From Chromatiales bacterium (lineage in GTDB: Bacteria > Pseudomonadota > Gammaproteobacteria > Steroidobacterales > GCA-2729495), in contig JAEUPZ010000027.1 in the NCBI GenBank assembly GCA_016789885.1, positions 98-64,097 of the forward strand: DNA of 64,000 nt, written 5' to 3'. A program made the translations under genes and the position numbers. The notes beneath the pieces are model-generated. The model searched no databases and was not told the DNA's origin. It saw only the letters and a list, made by a program, of their open reading frames with translations. Shown piece after piece: positions 17,734 through 26,931 of this stretch. Every line of letters starts with the position of its first letter. Positions within the stretch are counted from its first letter, which is position 1.

Positions 17734-18297
17734 ATGCAGCAGGCAGCAGACCAACACCGTCCCTTCCGCCGGGCCCTGGCCGGCATCACCGGCCTCGCCG
17801 GCAGCCTGGTCGCCGCGGCGGCCCTGCTGGCCGTGCCGGGCATCTTCGCGACGAGCCACGCGAGCGGCGCCGCGGGCCCCGCGCCCCAGTTCACCCTCGA
17901 ACAGCGGGGCGGCGGGTCCGTGTCGCTGGCCGACCTCAAGGGGAAGGTCGTGCTCGTCAACTTCTGGGCGACCTGGTGCGGCCCGTGCCGCAAGGAGATG
18001 CCGCTCCTCGAGCAGATCCACCGCAAGTACGCGCCGCTGGGCCTCGTCATGGTGGGCGTCAACGTCGAGGAGGACGGGCGCCTGTTCGACACGTTCCTGA
18101 AGGACGTCCCGGTCAGCTTCCCGATCCTGCTCGACCCGAAGAACGGCGTCAGCAAGCTCTACGACGTGGCGGCCATGCCGAGCACGGTCATCATCGACCG
18201 CAAGGGCAACATCCGCTACGTGCACCAGGGCTACCAGCCCGGTGACGAGAACGCGTACCAGGACATGGTCCGGACGCTGATCCGGGAGCGCACGTGA
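17734..18297 (+). CDS. TlpA-family periplasmic thiol:disulfide oxidoreductase
   Basis: 187 aa with a membrane anchor or signal. Thioredoxin fold with active site WATWCGPCRKEMP. Confidence 0.9.
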   Translation: MQQAADQHRPFRRALAGITGLAGSLVAAAALLAVPGIFATSHASGAAGPAPQFTLEQRGGGSVSLADLKGKVVLVNFWATWCGPCRKEMPLLEQIHRKYAPLGLVMVGVNVEEDGRLFDTFLKDVPVSFPILLDPKNGVSKLYDVAAMPSTVIIDRKGNIRYVHQGYQPGDENAYQDMVRTLIRERT

Positions 18298-18521
18298 ACG
18301 CGCGCGCGGCCACTGCCATCGTCGCCGCCGCGCTGCTGCTGGCCGGCTGCTCGGGGGTCGAGCCCTGGGTCAAGCCCTACGAGCGCGACCGGCTGGCCGA
18401 TCCCATCATGAGCTTCGACCGGAACCCCGTGTCGACCTCGTACATGGACCACGTCCGCGAGGCCCGCGAGGGCGCGCGGGGCGCCGCCGGCAGTTCCGGC
18501 GGCGGCTGCGGCTGCAATTGA
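18294..18521 (+). CDS. DUF4266 lipoprotein
   Basis: 75 aa. GTG start overlaps the TlpA stop (GTGA). Lipobox LLAGCSG. Characteristic C-terminus GGGCGCN. Confidence 0.8.
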   Translation: MNARAATAIVAAALLLAGCSGVEPWVKPYERDRLADPIMSFDRNPVSTSYMDHVREAREGARGAAGSSGGGCGCN

Positions 18522-18537
18522 ACTGACGGGTACAGCC

Positions 18538-19674
18538 ATGGAACGGCGCCGTGCATCGCTGCTGTTGATCTCCGCCCTGGCCCTGACGGGGCAGGCGGCC
18601 GTCGGCGGTACGCTGCCGGAAGAGCGCATGGACGCGCTCTACCACTTCTATTCCGGCGACAACGTCGAGATCGACGGCCCGTCGCTGCTGGTGCGCAAGA
18701 ACGTCGGCCAGAGCGTGTCGGTGTCCGGCAGCTACTACGTCGACTCCATCACCAGTGCCTCCGTCGACGTGGTCACCACGGCCAGCAAGTACTCCGAGGA
18801 ACGCACCCAGTGGGGTGCCGGCATCGACTACCTGCATGGCGACACGACGATGAGCGTCGGCTTCAGCAACAGCGAGGAGAACGACTACAGCGCCGACACC
18901 ATCAACTTCGGCATCTCCCAGGAGGTGTTCGGCGGGCTGACCACCATCTCCATGGGCTACGGCAGCGGCAGCGACGAGGTCCGCCGCCGCGGCGACGACG
19001 CTTTCCAGGACACTGTCGACAAGAAGGCCTACCGGCTGGGCGTCTCCCAGGTGCTGACCCGGAACTGGGTCGTGGGCCTCGCCTTCGAGACCATCGCCGA
19101 CGAGGGCTTCCTCAACAACCCGTACCGCAGCGTGCGCTACCTCGACGGCGCGGGCGGCTTTGCCTTCCAGGCCGAGCGCTACCCGCGCACCCGGGCCAGC
19201 AACGCCGCGGCCGTGCGCTCGCGCTACCACCTGCCCTGGCGGGCGGCGGTGGCCGCCGAGTACCGCTTCTTCACCGACGACTGGGGCATCGACGCCCACA
19301 CGCTGGAGCTGGGCTACACGCAGCCGCGCGGGCGCCTGACCTTCGACCTGCGCTACCGCTACTACACGCAGGGCAGCGCCGACTTCTACAGTGACCTGTT
19401 CCCCTACCAGGACGCCCAGAACTTCCTGGCCCGGGACAAGGAGCTGGCGACCTTCCAGAGCCACGGCCCGCACGTCGGGGTCACGTACACGCTGTTCGAC
19501 CGTACCAGCGACACGCGGGCGCTGCGCGGCTCGGCGAGCCTCTTCTACGACTACATCTTCTTCAACTACGACGACTTCCGCGACCTGCGGGTGACGGGCG
19601 TACAGCCTGGCACGGAGCCGTTCTTCTCCTTCAACGCCAGCGTCGTCCAGGCGTTCTTCTCCCTCTGGTTCTGA
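18538..19674 (+). CDS. DUF3570 protein (predicted outer-membrane beta-barrel)
   Basis: 378 aa with a signal peptide. N-terminal YHFYSGDNVEIDGPSLLVRK, alternating-strand body, terminal aromatic SLWF. Confidence 0.75.
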   Translation: MERRRASLLLISALALTGQAAVGGTLPEERMDALYHFYSGDNVEIDGPSLLVRKNVGQSVSVSGSYYVDSITSASVDVVTTASKYSEERTQWGAGIDYLHGDTTMSVGFSNSEENDYSADTINFGISQEVFGGLTTISMGYGSGSDEVRRRGDDAFQDTVDKKAYRLGVSQVLTRNWVVGLAFETIADEGFLNNPYRSVRYLDGAGGFAFQAERYPRTRASNAAAVRSRYHLPWRAAVAAEYRFFTDDWGIDAHTLELGYTQPRGRLTFDLRYRYYTQGSADFYSDLFPYQDAQNFLARDKELATFQSHGPHVGVTYTLFDRTSDTRALRGSASLFYDYIFFNYDDFRDLRVTGVQPGTEPFFSFNASVVQAFFSLWF

Positions 19675-19691
19675 CCCGCGGCGCGCGCCCG

Positions 19692-20660
19692 ATGCAGCGT
19701 CTCGCCCTCGCCGCACTGCTCATGTTGACCGCCGCCCTCCCGGCCCGGGCCGGGTGGTTCGGCGACGTGCAGCAGAAGATGGGCACCCGGGTCGAGATCC
19801 AGCTGTGGCACGACGACCCCGCCGAGGCAAAGCGCCTGCTGGCCGCCGGCATGGCCGAGCTCGACCGCATCGAGCAGGCCATGAGCACCTACCGCGAATC
19901 GTCCGAGATCTCCGCGGTCAACCGGCTCGCCGCCGACGGGCCCGTGCCGGTGTCGGCCGAGCTCGGGGAGCTGGTGGCTCTGTCGCTGGAGCTGTCGGCG
20001 CGCAGTGGCGGCGCCTTCGACATCACCTTTGACAGCGTCGGCAAGCACTACGAGTTCCGCAGCCGCCTGCGACCCGACGACGCGACCATCGCGCGGGACC
20101 TCCCGGCCATCGACTACCGCCACGTCGAGGTGGCCCCGGACGGGCGCTCGATCCGCTTCACGCGCCCCGGTACCCGCATCAACCTCGGCGGCATCGCCAA
20201 GGGCTACGCCTGCGAGCGCGTGATCGCGCTGCTCGAGGCGGCGGGTGTGCGCCACGCGCTCGCCAACGCCGGCGGCGACACGCGCTTCCTCGGCGACCGC
20301 CGTGGCCAGCCCTGGCTCGTCGGCATCCGCGACCCGGACGACGCCGGCCGCGTCGTCACGCGCCTCGCGCTCGATGACGAGGCGGTCTCCACGTCGGGCG
20401 ACTACGAGCGCTACTTCGACGAGGACGGCGTGCGCTACCACCACATCCTGAATCCCGGCACGGGCCGCCCGGCCGAAGGCGTCCGCAGCGTCACGGTCAT
20501 CGGGCCGGACGCCACGCTGACCGACGGCCTGTCGACCAGCGTCTTCATCCTCGGCGCAGACGCGGGGATCCGGCTCATCGAGGCGATGCCGGGCTACGAG
20601 GCGGTGGTGGTCGACAGCGCCCGGGGCGTGCGGTTCTCGAAGGGGCTGCAGCCGCGCTGA
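19692..20660 (+). CDS. apbE: FAD:protein FMN transferase ApbE
   Basis: 322 aa with a signal peptide. ApbE motifs: MGTRVEI, FDITF, NLGGIAKGYA, STSGDYERYF. Confidence 0.9.
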   Translation: MQRLALAALLMLTAALPARAGWFGDVQQKMGTRVEIQLWHDDPAEAKRLLAAGMAELDRIEQAMSTYRESSEISAVNRLAADGPVPVSAELGELVALSLELSARSGGAFDITFDSVGKHYEFRSRLRPDDATIARDLPAIDYRHVEVAPDGRSIRFTRPGTRINLGGIAKGYACERVIALLEAAGVRHALANAGGDTRFLGDRRGQPWLVGIRDPDDAGRVVTRLALDDEAVSTSGDYERYFDEDGVRYHHILNPGTGRPAEGVRSVTVIGPDATLTDGLSTSVFILGADAGIRLIEAMPGYEAVVVDSARGVRFSKGLQPR

Positions 20661-20990
20661 TGGCGGCGTGACATAAGCGGGAAATGCCCGGCGGCGCGGG
20701 CGACGATCGTGAACGACGTCGCAGGAAACGCCGGGCCGAGTTGTCAGGATTACGTCGTCCCCGGGGTGCTGGCACGGGCAAATGCCTGCCTCCCGCGGCG
20801 ACTGACTACGGCAAACCCGTCGCGAGGCGGGGACGCAAAGCCTCCGGTCCGCTGCCCGATGGGCGCGCGGCGGACAGCGGGGTTGCCGGGCGCGCGCACG
20901 CGTCGTCCGTGAGTCCCTGTCCCCACGCGGGCCTGCCGGTATCCGGAGCCCCGGTGCGCAGCCGCGCCCGCGGCTGGTTGTGGCGCGGCG

Positions 20991-21536
20991 GTGATGGGGA
21001 TGTCGATGGCAGCACGGTCGGAACAGCGCGGGCAGCAGGGCAGGGCAGCCGCTGCGCGCGTCATGGCCGTCGCCCTCGGCGCAGTCCTGGCGGCGGGGGC
21101 CGCCACGGCGGCCGACCTGCCGTCCGCGCCCGACTTCGCCCTCAGGTCCGTCAGTGGCCAGAACCTGCGGCTGTCGGAGTACCGCGGCCAGCCGGTGCTG
21201 CTCACCTTCTGGGCCGACTGGTGCGGCACCTGCCAGGCGCAACTCGCCGAGCTCGCCGACCTGGGCCGCCGCTACGCCGGGCAGGACGTGGCCGTCCTCG
21301 CCGTGAACATCGACGGTGCCGACCGGCGCGAGGCGGCCAACACCACCGCCAGCCGCCTCGGACTGACCGTGCTCCGGGACGACGCCCAGGCCGTCGCCCG
21401 GGCCTACGACCTCGGCACGTTGCCGGTGACCCTGCTGGTGGACCCCGACGGCCGCATCCGCGGCACCTGGGAACGCTACCGCCCGGGGACGACCGGCGAG
21501 CTCGAGGCCGAGCTCGCGCGCCTGATGGCCGAGTAG
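20991..21536 (+). CDS. TlpA/redoxin-family thioredoxin-like protein (second copy)
   Basis: Active site WADWCGTCQAQ. Signal peptide MAVALGAVLAAGAATAA. The true start may be the ATG at 21063. Confidence 0.8.
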   Translation: MMGMSMAARSEQRGQQGRAAAARVMAVALGAVLAAGAATAADLPSAPDFALRSVSGQNLRLSEYRGQPVLLTFWADWCGTCQAQLAELADLGRRYAGQDVAVLAVNIDGADRREAANTTASRLGLTVLRDDAQAVARAYDLGTLPVTLLVDPDGRIRGTWERYRPGTTGELEAELARLMAE

Positions 21537-21574
21537 CCGATCCAGCCGAACAACCCTGTTACGGGAACCACGCC

Positions 21575-22177
21575 ATGCGCACCCGACCCGCGAACTTCCT
21601 GCCGCTGCTGCTGGCGGCCGCCGTGCTCGCCCTGCCGCTGACCGGCGGGGCCGACGAGGCGCCGGCCCCCGCCGTCGCGCCGTCCGCCGCCGACGCGACG
21701 CTTGCCGCCGTGACCGCCGGTGACGCGCCGGCCGGCGCCCTCGACACCGAGATGCAGGCCCTCAAGGACGAGGTGCTCGACCTCAACCAGGAGCTCTTCC
21801 TGCTCGAGGAGGAGCTGCTGTTCCCGGCCAACACCCAGGTCGCCGTGTTCGTGTCGATGGACGTCGGCGAGTTCTTCGCCCTCGACTCGGTGCAGTTGCG
21901 CATCGACGACAAGCCCGTGGGCAACTACCTGTACACCGAGCGCGAGGTGCAGGCCCTGCTGCGGGGCGGTGTCCATCGCTTCTACCTGGGCAACCTCAAG
22001 GCCGGCACCCACGAGCTGACGGCCACCTTCACCGGCAAGGGCCCCCACGAGCGCGACTACCGCCGGGGCGCGACGCTGAAGATCGAGAAGGGCATCGGCG
22101 CCAAGTTCGTCGAGCTGCGCATCTCCGACCGGGTCAGCAAGCTGCAGCCCGAGTTCGTCGTCCGCGAGTGGGAGTAG
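21575..22177 (+). CDS. secreted coiled-coil protein, function unknown
   Basis: Internal ATG (MRTRPANFLPLLLAAAVLALPLTGGA) of ORF 20684..22177. Coiled-coil EMQALKDEVLDLNQELFLLEEELLFP followed by a beta-rich domain. Confidence 0.65.
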   Translation: MRTRPANFLPLLLAAAVLALPLTGGADEAPAPAVAPSAADATLAAVTAGDAPAGALDTEMQALKDEVLDLNQELFLLEEELLFPANTQVAVFVSMDVGEFFALDSVQLRIDDKPVGNYLYTEREVQALLRGGVHRFYLGNLKAGTHELTATFTGKGPHERDYRRGATLKIEKGIGAKFVELRISDRVSKLQPEFVVREWE

Positions 22178-22180
22178 GCG

Positions 22181-24091
22181 GTGCCGCGCTCCCACTGGCC
22201 AGCCCTGGCAGCGCTGTGGCTCGCGGCGGCGACGGCTTTCGCCGCCGGGCCGCCGCCGGCCGCGTTCGAGCCGGGCAAGCCCGTGGCGGGCCCGCGGGTG
22301 CAGGACCTCTACTACGGCGAGGTGCTCTTCCGCTTCTACCAGGATGACCACTTCACCGCCCTGACGAACCTGCTGGCGGCCCGCTCCGCCGCACGGCTGC
22401 CGAACCACGGCCCCGAAGCGGAGCTGCTGCTCGGTGGCCTCTACCTGCACTACGGCCAGCACCTGCGGGCCGAGCAGATCTTCGCCTCGCTGCTCGAGTC
22501 CGGCGCGAGCCCGGCGGTGCGCGACCGCGCGTGGTTCTACCTTGGCAAGGTGCGCTACCAGCGCGGGCTGCACGAGGACGCGCTGGCGGCCTTCGGCAAG
22601 GTGCAGGGCGAGCTGCCCGAGGCGCTGGCCGTGCAGCTGCCGATGCTCACGGCCCAGTCGCAGATGGCGCTGGGCCGCTTCGACGAGGCGGCGAAGCTGC
22701 TGGACCGCTGGAAGGGCCCGGAGGCCTGGCTCGCCTACGCCCGCTTCAACCTCGGCGTCGCGCTGGTGCGGCTCGGCCGGCTGCCCGAGGCGGCGCGCCA
22801 GCTCGACCGCGTCGGCCGCATGGACGCGCCCACGCCCGAGCTGCGCGACCTGCGGGACAAGGCCAACGTCGCCCTCGGCTACGCCTACCTGCAGAAGTCC
22901 CTCGACGGCGAGGCCGCGCCGGTGCTCGCCCGCGTCCGCCTGAACGGCCCTTCGTCGACGAAGGCGCTGCTCGGCGCCGGCTGGGCCGCCGCCGAGTCCG
23001 GCCGCTTCCAGGAGGCACTGGCCCCCTGGCTCGCCCTGCGCGACCGCGACCTGCTCGACAGCGCCGTGCAGGAATCGCTGCTCGCGGTGCCCTATGCCTA
23101 TGGCCAGCTGTCGGCCCACGACGTCGCCGCCGGCGAGTACGGCGCGGCCCTCGAGGCCTTCGACACGGAGATCGGCCGGCTCGACGACGCCATCGCCAAG
23201 GCCCGCAACGGCGGGCTCGTGCCGGCGCTGCTCAAGGCCGACGACCCCGGCATCGGCCGCTGGTACTGGCAGCTCGACGAGGTGCCCGACGGCCCCGAGG
23301 CCCGCTACCTCTACGTGCTGATGGCCGACCATGCGTTCCAGGAGGGGCTGCGCAACGTGCGTGACCTGCGGGCGCTCGGCACCCACCTCGATGACTGGGC
23401 CACGCGCCTCGATGCCTACCGAGACATGGTCGACACGCGCCGCGCCGCCTACGCCCGCCGCAAGGACGCCTTCGAGGCGGGCCTCGGCGGGGCCGACATC
23501 GAGGGCCTCGCCGCACGGCGCGACGCGCTGGCTGCCCGGCTCGATGCCGCGCGCGCCGGTCGCGACGTGGCCGCGCTCGCCACGGGCCCTGAGCGCGACG
23601 CCTGGCTGCGGCTCGAAGCCCTCGAGGACGACGCCGGCTTCGCCAGTGCGCCAGCCGCCGAGCGCGACCGCCACCGCCTTCTGAAGGGCGTGCTGCTCTG
23701 GGATCTCGACCGCGACTACAAGCATCGCCTCTGGCAGCAGCAGCGCGAGCTGCGCACCGTGAACGCGGCGCTGGAGCGCGCGCAGCGCAGCCACGCCCGG
23801 GCTGCCGGTGCCCGCGACGGCGTGCCCGCGGAACTCGAGGCCTTCGCGGCCCGCATCGAGGCGGTCACGCCGCGCATCGCCGCCCTGCGCAGCGCCGTCG
23901 ACGGCGCGCGCCTGGCCCAGGAGGGCCGGCTCACCAACATGGCGGTGGCGGCCCTGCGCGACCAGCGTGAGCGGCTGTCGGCCTACCGCGTGCAGGCGCA
24001 GTTCGCGCTGGCGACGATCTACGACCGGGCGGCCGTGGCCGCCCGCAGCGCGCCGGCGCCGCCGGCCTCTCCGGCCGGGAGTGCGCCATGA
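22181..24091 (+). CDS. periplasmic TPR-repeat protein (636 aa)
   Basis: GTG start 3 nt after the previous stop. Signal peptide, then N-terminal TPR-like helices and a long helical C-terminal half. Confidence 0.7.
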   Translation: MPRSHWPALAALWLAAATAFAAGPPPAAFEPGKPVAGPRVQDLYYGEVLFRFYQDDHFTALTNLLAARSAARLPNHGPEAELLLGGLYLHYGQHLRAEQIFASLLESGASPAVRDRAWFYLGKVRYQRGLHEDALAAFGKVQGELPEALAVQLPMLTAQSQMALGRFDEAAKLLDRWKGPEAWLAYARFNLGVALVRLGRLPEAARQLDRVGRMDAPTPELRDLRDKANVALGYAYLQKSLDGEAAPVLARVRLNGPSSTKALLGAGWAAAESGRFQEALAPWLALRDRDLLDSAVQESLLAVPYAYGQLSAHDVAAGEYGAALEAFDTEIGRLDDAIAKARNGGLVPALLKADDPGIGRWYWQLDEVPDGPEARYLYVLMADHAFQEGLRNVRDLRALGTHLDDWATRLDAYRDMVDTRRAAYARRKDAFEAGLGGADIEGLAARRDALAARLDAARAGRDVAALATGPERDAWLRLEALEDDAGFASAPAAERDRHRLLKGVLLWDLDRDYKHRLWQQQRELRTVNAALERAQRSHARAAGARDGVPAELEAFAARIEAVTPRIAALRSAVDGARLAQEGRLTNMAVAALRDQRERLSAYRVQAQFALATIYDRAAVAARSAPAPPASPAGSAP

Positions 24092-26931
24092 CCACCGCCG
24101 CTGCAGGCTTTGCGCTCGGCATCACCCTGGCCGCCGGCCTCTGGCCCTTCGGCGACCGGCCCCCGGCCGCCGAGCGCGCCACCGTCGGCAGCCTCAAGGC
24201 GCGTCCCGGCGGGCAGCCGCCGGCCGCCGCCGCCGTGGACATCGGTGACGAGGCCGCGGCCCGCGAGCGCGCCATGGGGCAGTACCGCCAGTTCCTCGCC
24301 CTCGACGCGGGCCCTGCGGCCATGCGCCGCGAGGCCATGCGCCGCCTCGCCGACCTGAACCTCGAGGCAGGCGCCGAGGCCGAGGCGGCCAGCGAGCAGC
24401 CCGACGCGGGCGCCGCCTACTACCGCGAGGCCGTGCGCCTGTACACCGCGTTGCTGGCCGACCCGGAGGCGGTTGAACGCGACCAGGTGCTGTACCAGCT
24501 GTCCCGGGCCCAGGACGGCGCGGGCGACGGCACCGCCGCGCTCGCGAGCCTCGACCGCCTCGCCGGGGACCACCCGGACGGCCGCAACGCCGACGAGGCC
24601 CAGTTCCGCCGCGGCGAGACCTACTTCGTGCGCCAGGATTACGCCGCGGCCGAGGCGGCCTACGCCGCGGTGCTCGACAGCGGCGAGGCATCACCGTTCT
24701 ACGAGCAGTCCCTCTACAAGCATGGCTGGGCGCTCTTCAAGCAGGGCCGGCACGAGGAGGGCCTGGCGTCGTTCCTGCCGCTGCTGGACCGCCGCCTCGG
24801 CGGGCCCGGCGACACGACCCTCGTCCAGTCGCGCCTCGACGGCATGGGCCGCGCCGAGCGCGAACTCATCGACGACACGCTGCGCGTCACCGCCATCACC
24901 CTCGAGTACACCGGCGGCGCACCGGCCGTGCCGGCCGCCCTGGCCACCACCGGGGAGCCAGCATGGAGCTGGCTGGTGTACCAGGCGCTCGGCGACCTTT
25001 ACCTCGACAAGCAGCGCTACCGCGATGCCGCCGAGGCCTACGTCGCCTACGTGGAGACGTCGCCCGGCGCCGAGCCCGCGCCGGCGCTGCAGCAGGCGGC
25101 CATCGACGCCTACACCCGCGGCAAGTTCCCGTCCCTCGTGCTCACGGCCAAGCAGCAGTACGTCGAGCGCTACGGCCTCGACGGCGACTGGTGGCAGCAG
25201 CGGGGCGGGCTGGCCGGGGCCGGCGCCGTCGGCGCGCGGGTCGCCGGCGAGCTGAAGACCCACCTGTCGGACCTGGCCGGCCACGACCACGCCCTGGCCC
25301 AGCAGAGCAAGGCGCCGGCCGACTACGCCCGTGCCGCCGGCTGGTACGAGCGGTTCCTCGCCTACTTCCCCGACGACCCGGACGCCGCCGAGCGCAGCTT
25401 CCTGCTCGGCGAGCTGCAGTTCGAGGCGCGCCAGTTCGCGGCCGCCCGTGACGCCTACCTGCGCGCCGCCTACGGCTATCCCGGCTACGGGCGGGCGGCC
25501 GAGGCGGGCTACGCGGCGCTGCTCGCGGCCCGCGAGCAGGAGCAACGCCTCGACGGCGAGGCCCGGACCGCCTGGCACGCCGAGACGCGCGAGCAGGCGC
25601 TCGCCTTCGCCGCCGCCTTCCCGGCGCACCCGGAAGCTGGCGCCGTCCTCACCAACGTCGCGGAAGACTTCTTCGCCAGCGGCGACCTCGCCCGCGCGGA
25701 GCAGGTGGCGGGCCTCGTGCTCACGCTGCAGCCGCCCGCGGCGCCGGAGCTCGAGCGCGTCGCCTGGACGGTGACGGCCCATGCGCAGTTCGACCAGGGC
25801 CGCTACGCCGACGCCGAGGGCTCTTACCTGCGCCTGCGCAGCTACACGCTGCCCGAGGGCCAGCGCGCCGAGGTCGATGCGCGCATCGCCGCCAGCGTGT
25901 ACCGCCAGGGCGAGCAGGCTGCCGCCGCCGGCCGCATCGACGAGGCGGTGAACGATTACCTGCGGGTTGCCGCCGTCGTGCCCGACGCCGCCGTCCGGCC
26001 GAACGCCGTCTATGACGCCGCGACCCTGCTGCTCAACAACCGCCGCTGGGGCGAGGCCGGCGACCTGCTGCGGCAGTTCCGCCGCGACTTCCCGGCCCAC
26101 CAGTTCAACGATGACGTCACGGCCAAGCTCGCCGTGGTCCTGCGCGAGGACGGCCGCAGCGCCGAGGCCGCCGCCGAGTACGAGCGCATCGCCGCCGCCG
26201 GGGCCACGGCGCCGGACCTCGCCCGCGAGTCCCTGTGGCAGGCCGCCGAGCTCTACGGCCGCGCCGGCGCGCGCGCCGATGAGGCGCGCACCCTCGAACG
26301 CATCGTGCAGCGCTTCCCGGCACCCTTCGCCGAGGCCCAGGAGGCGCGGCAGAAGCTGGCTGACCTCGCGGTGGCCGATCCCCCGGCGCGCCGGCGCTGG
26401 CTCGAGGCCGTCGTCGCCGCCGATACCGCGGCCGGCGACGCGCGCACCGGGCGCAGCCGTTACCTGGCTGCCAAGGCGAGCCTGGAGCTCGCGCGCCCGG
26501 CCCGTGACGCTTTCGTGGCCGCGACCCTGACGATGCCGCTGAAGCCCTCCCTGCAGCGCAAGCGCCAGCGCATGGAAGAGGCGCTCGCCGCCTACGCCCG
26601 CGCCGCGGCCTACGGCGTCGGCGAGGTCACGACGGCCGCCACCTATGAGACCGGCGAGCTGTACTACCAGCTGAGCCGCGACCTGCTGGCGTCGCCGCGG
26701 CCCGCCGACCTCGATGCCGACGCCCTCGAGCAGTACGAGCTGCTGCTCGAGGAGCAGGCCTTCCCCTTCGAGGAGAAGGCCCAGGAGCTGTACCGCGCCA
26801 ACATCGCGCGGGCCGCCGAAGGCGTGTGGGACGAGTGGGTACAGGCGAGCTACGCGCGCCTTGCGGCCATTGCGCCGGCGCGTTACGCCCGCGAGGAAAG
26901 GAGCACCGATGTCGCGACCTGGATCGACTGA
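24088..26931 (+). CDS. large TPR-repeat protein (947 aa)
   Basis: ATGA overlap with the previous gene. N-terminal TM or signal segment. Repeated A/Y/L-rich TPR helices throughout (e.g. YYREAVRLYTALL, FYEQSLYKHGWALFKQGRHEEG). Confidence 0.8.
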   Translation: MTTAAAGFALGITLAAGLWPFGDRPPAAERATVGSLKARPGGQPPAAAAVDIGDEAAARERAMGQYRQFLALDAGPAAMRREAMRRLADLNLEAGAEAEAASEQPDAGAAYYREAVRLYTALLADPEAVERDQVLYQLSRAQDGAGDGTAALASLDRLAGDHPDGRNADEAQFRRGETYFVRQDYAAAEAAYAAVLDSGEASPFYEQSLYKHGWALFKQGRHEEGLASFLPLLDRRLGGPGDTTLVQSRLDGMGRAERELIDDTLRVTAITLEYTGGAPAVPAALATTGEPAWSWLVYQALGDLYLDKQRYRDAAEAYVAYVETSPGAEPAPALQQAAIDAYTRGKFPSLVLTAKQQYVERYGLDGDWWQQRGGLAGAGAVGARVAGELKTHLSDLAGHDHALAQQSKAPADYARAAGWYERFLAYFPDDPDAAERSFLLGELQFEARQFAAARDAYLRAAYGYPGYGRAAEAGYAALLAAREQEQRLDGEARTAWHAETREQALAFAAAFPAHPEAGAVLTNVAEDFFASGDLARAEQVAGLVLTLQPPAAPELERVAWTVTAHAQFDQGRYADAEGSYLRLRSYTLPEGQRAEVDARIAASVYRQGEQAAAAGRIDEAVNDYLRVAAVVPDAAVRPNAVYDAATLLLNNRRWGEAGDLLRQFRRDFPAHQFNDDVTAKLAVVLREDGRSAEAAAEYERIAAAGATAPDLARESLWQAAELYGRAGARADEARTLERIVQRFPAPFAEAQEARQKLADLAVADPPARRRWLEAVVAADTAAGDARTGRSRYLAAKASLELARPARDAFVAATLTMPLKPSLQRKRQRMEEALAAYARAAAYGVGEVTTAATYETGELYYQLSRDLLASPRPADLDADALEQYELLLEEQAFPFEEKAQELYRANIARAAEGVWDEWVQASYARLAAIAPARYAREERSTDVATWID

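Noticed and set aside
20670-20683. A 14-nt AT-rich word, GACATAAGCGGGAA, repeated in two intergenic regions (20670-20683 and 45186-45199), each followed by (A)TGC.
   Set aside because: There are only two copies with no flanking similarity. Given window size and both strands, many 14-mer coincidences are expected, although this AT-rich word is less likely than average. That is not enough to call a motif without a genome-wide count.
20770-20785. Sigma54-like element TGGCACGGGCAAATGC upstream of the second TlpA-like gene and the motor operon.
   Set aside because: The GG-to-GC spacing is one nucleotide longer than the strict TGGCAC-N5-TTGC geometry, and the -12 element reads ATGC. I therefore do not call it. 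Start-site mapping in an rpoN mutant would settle it.
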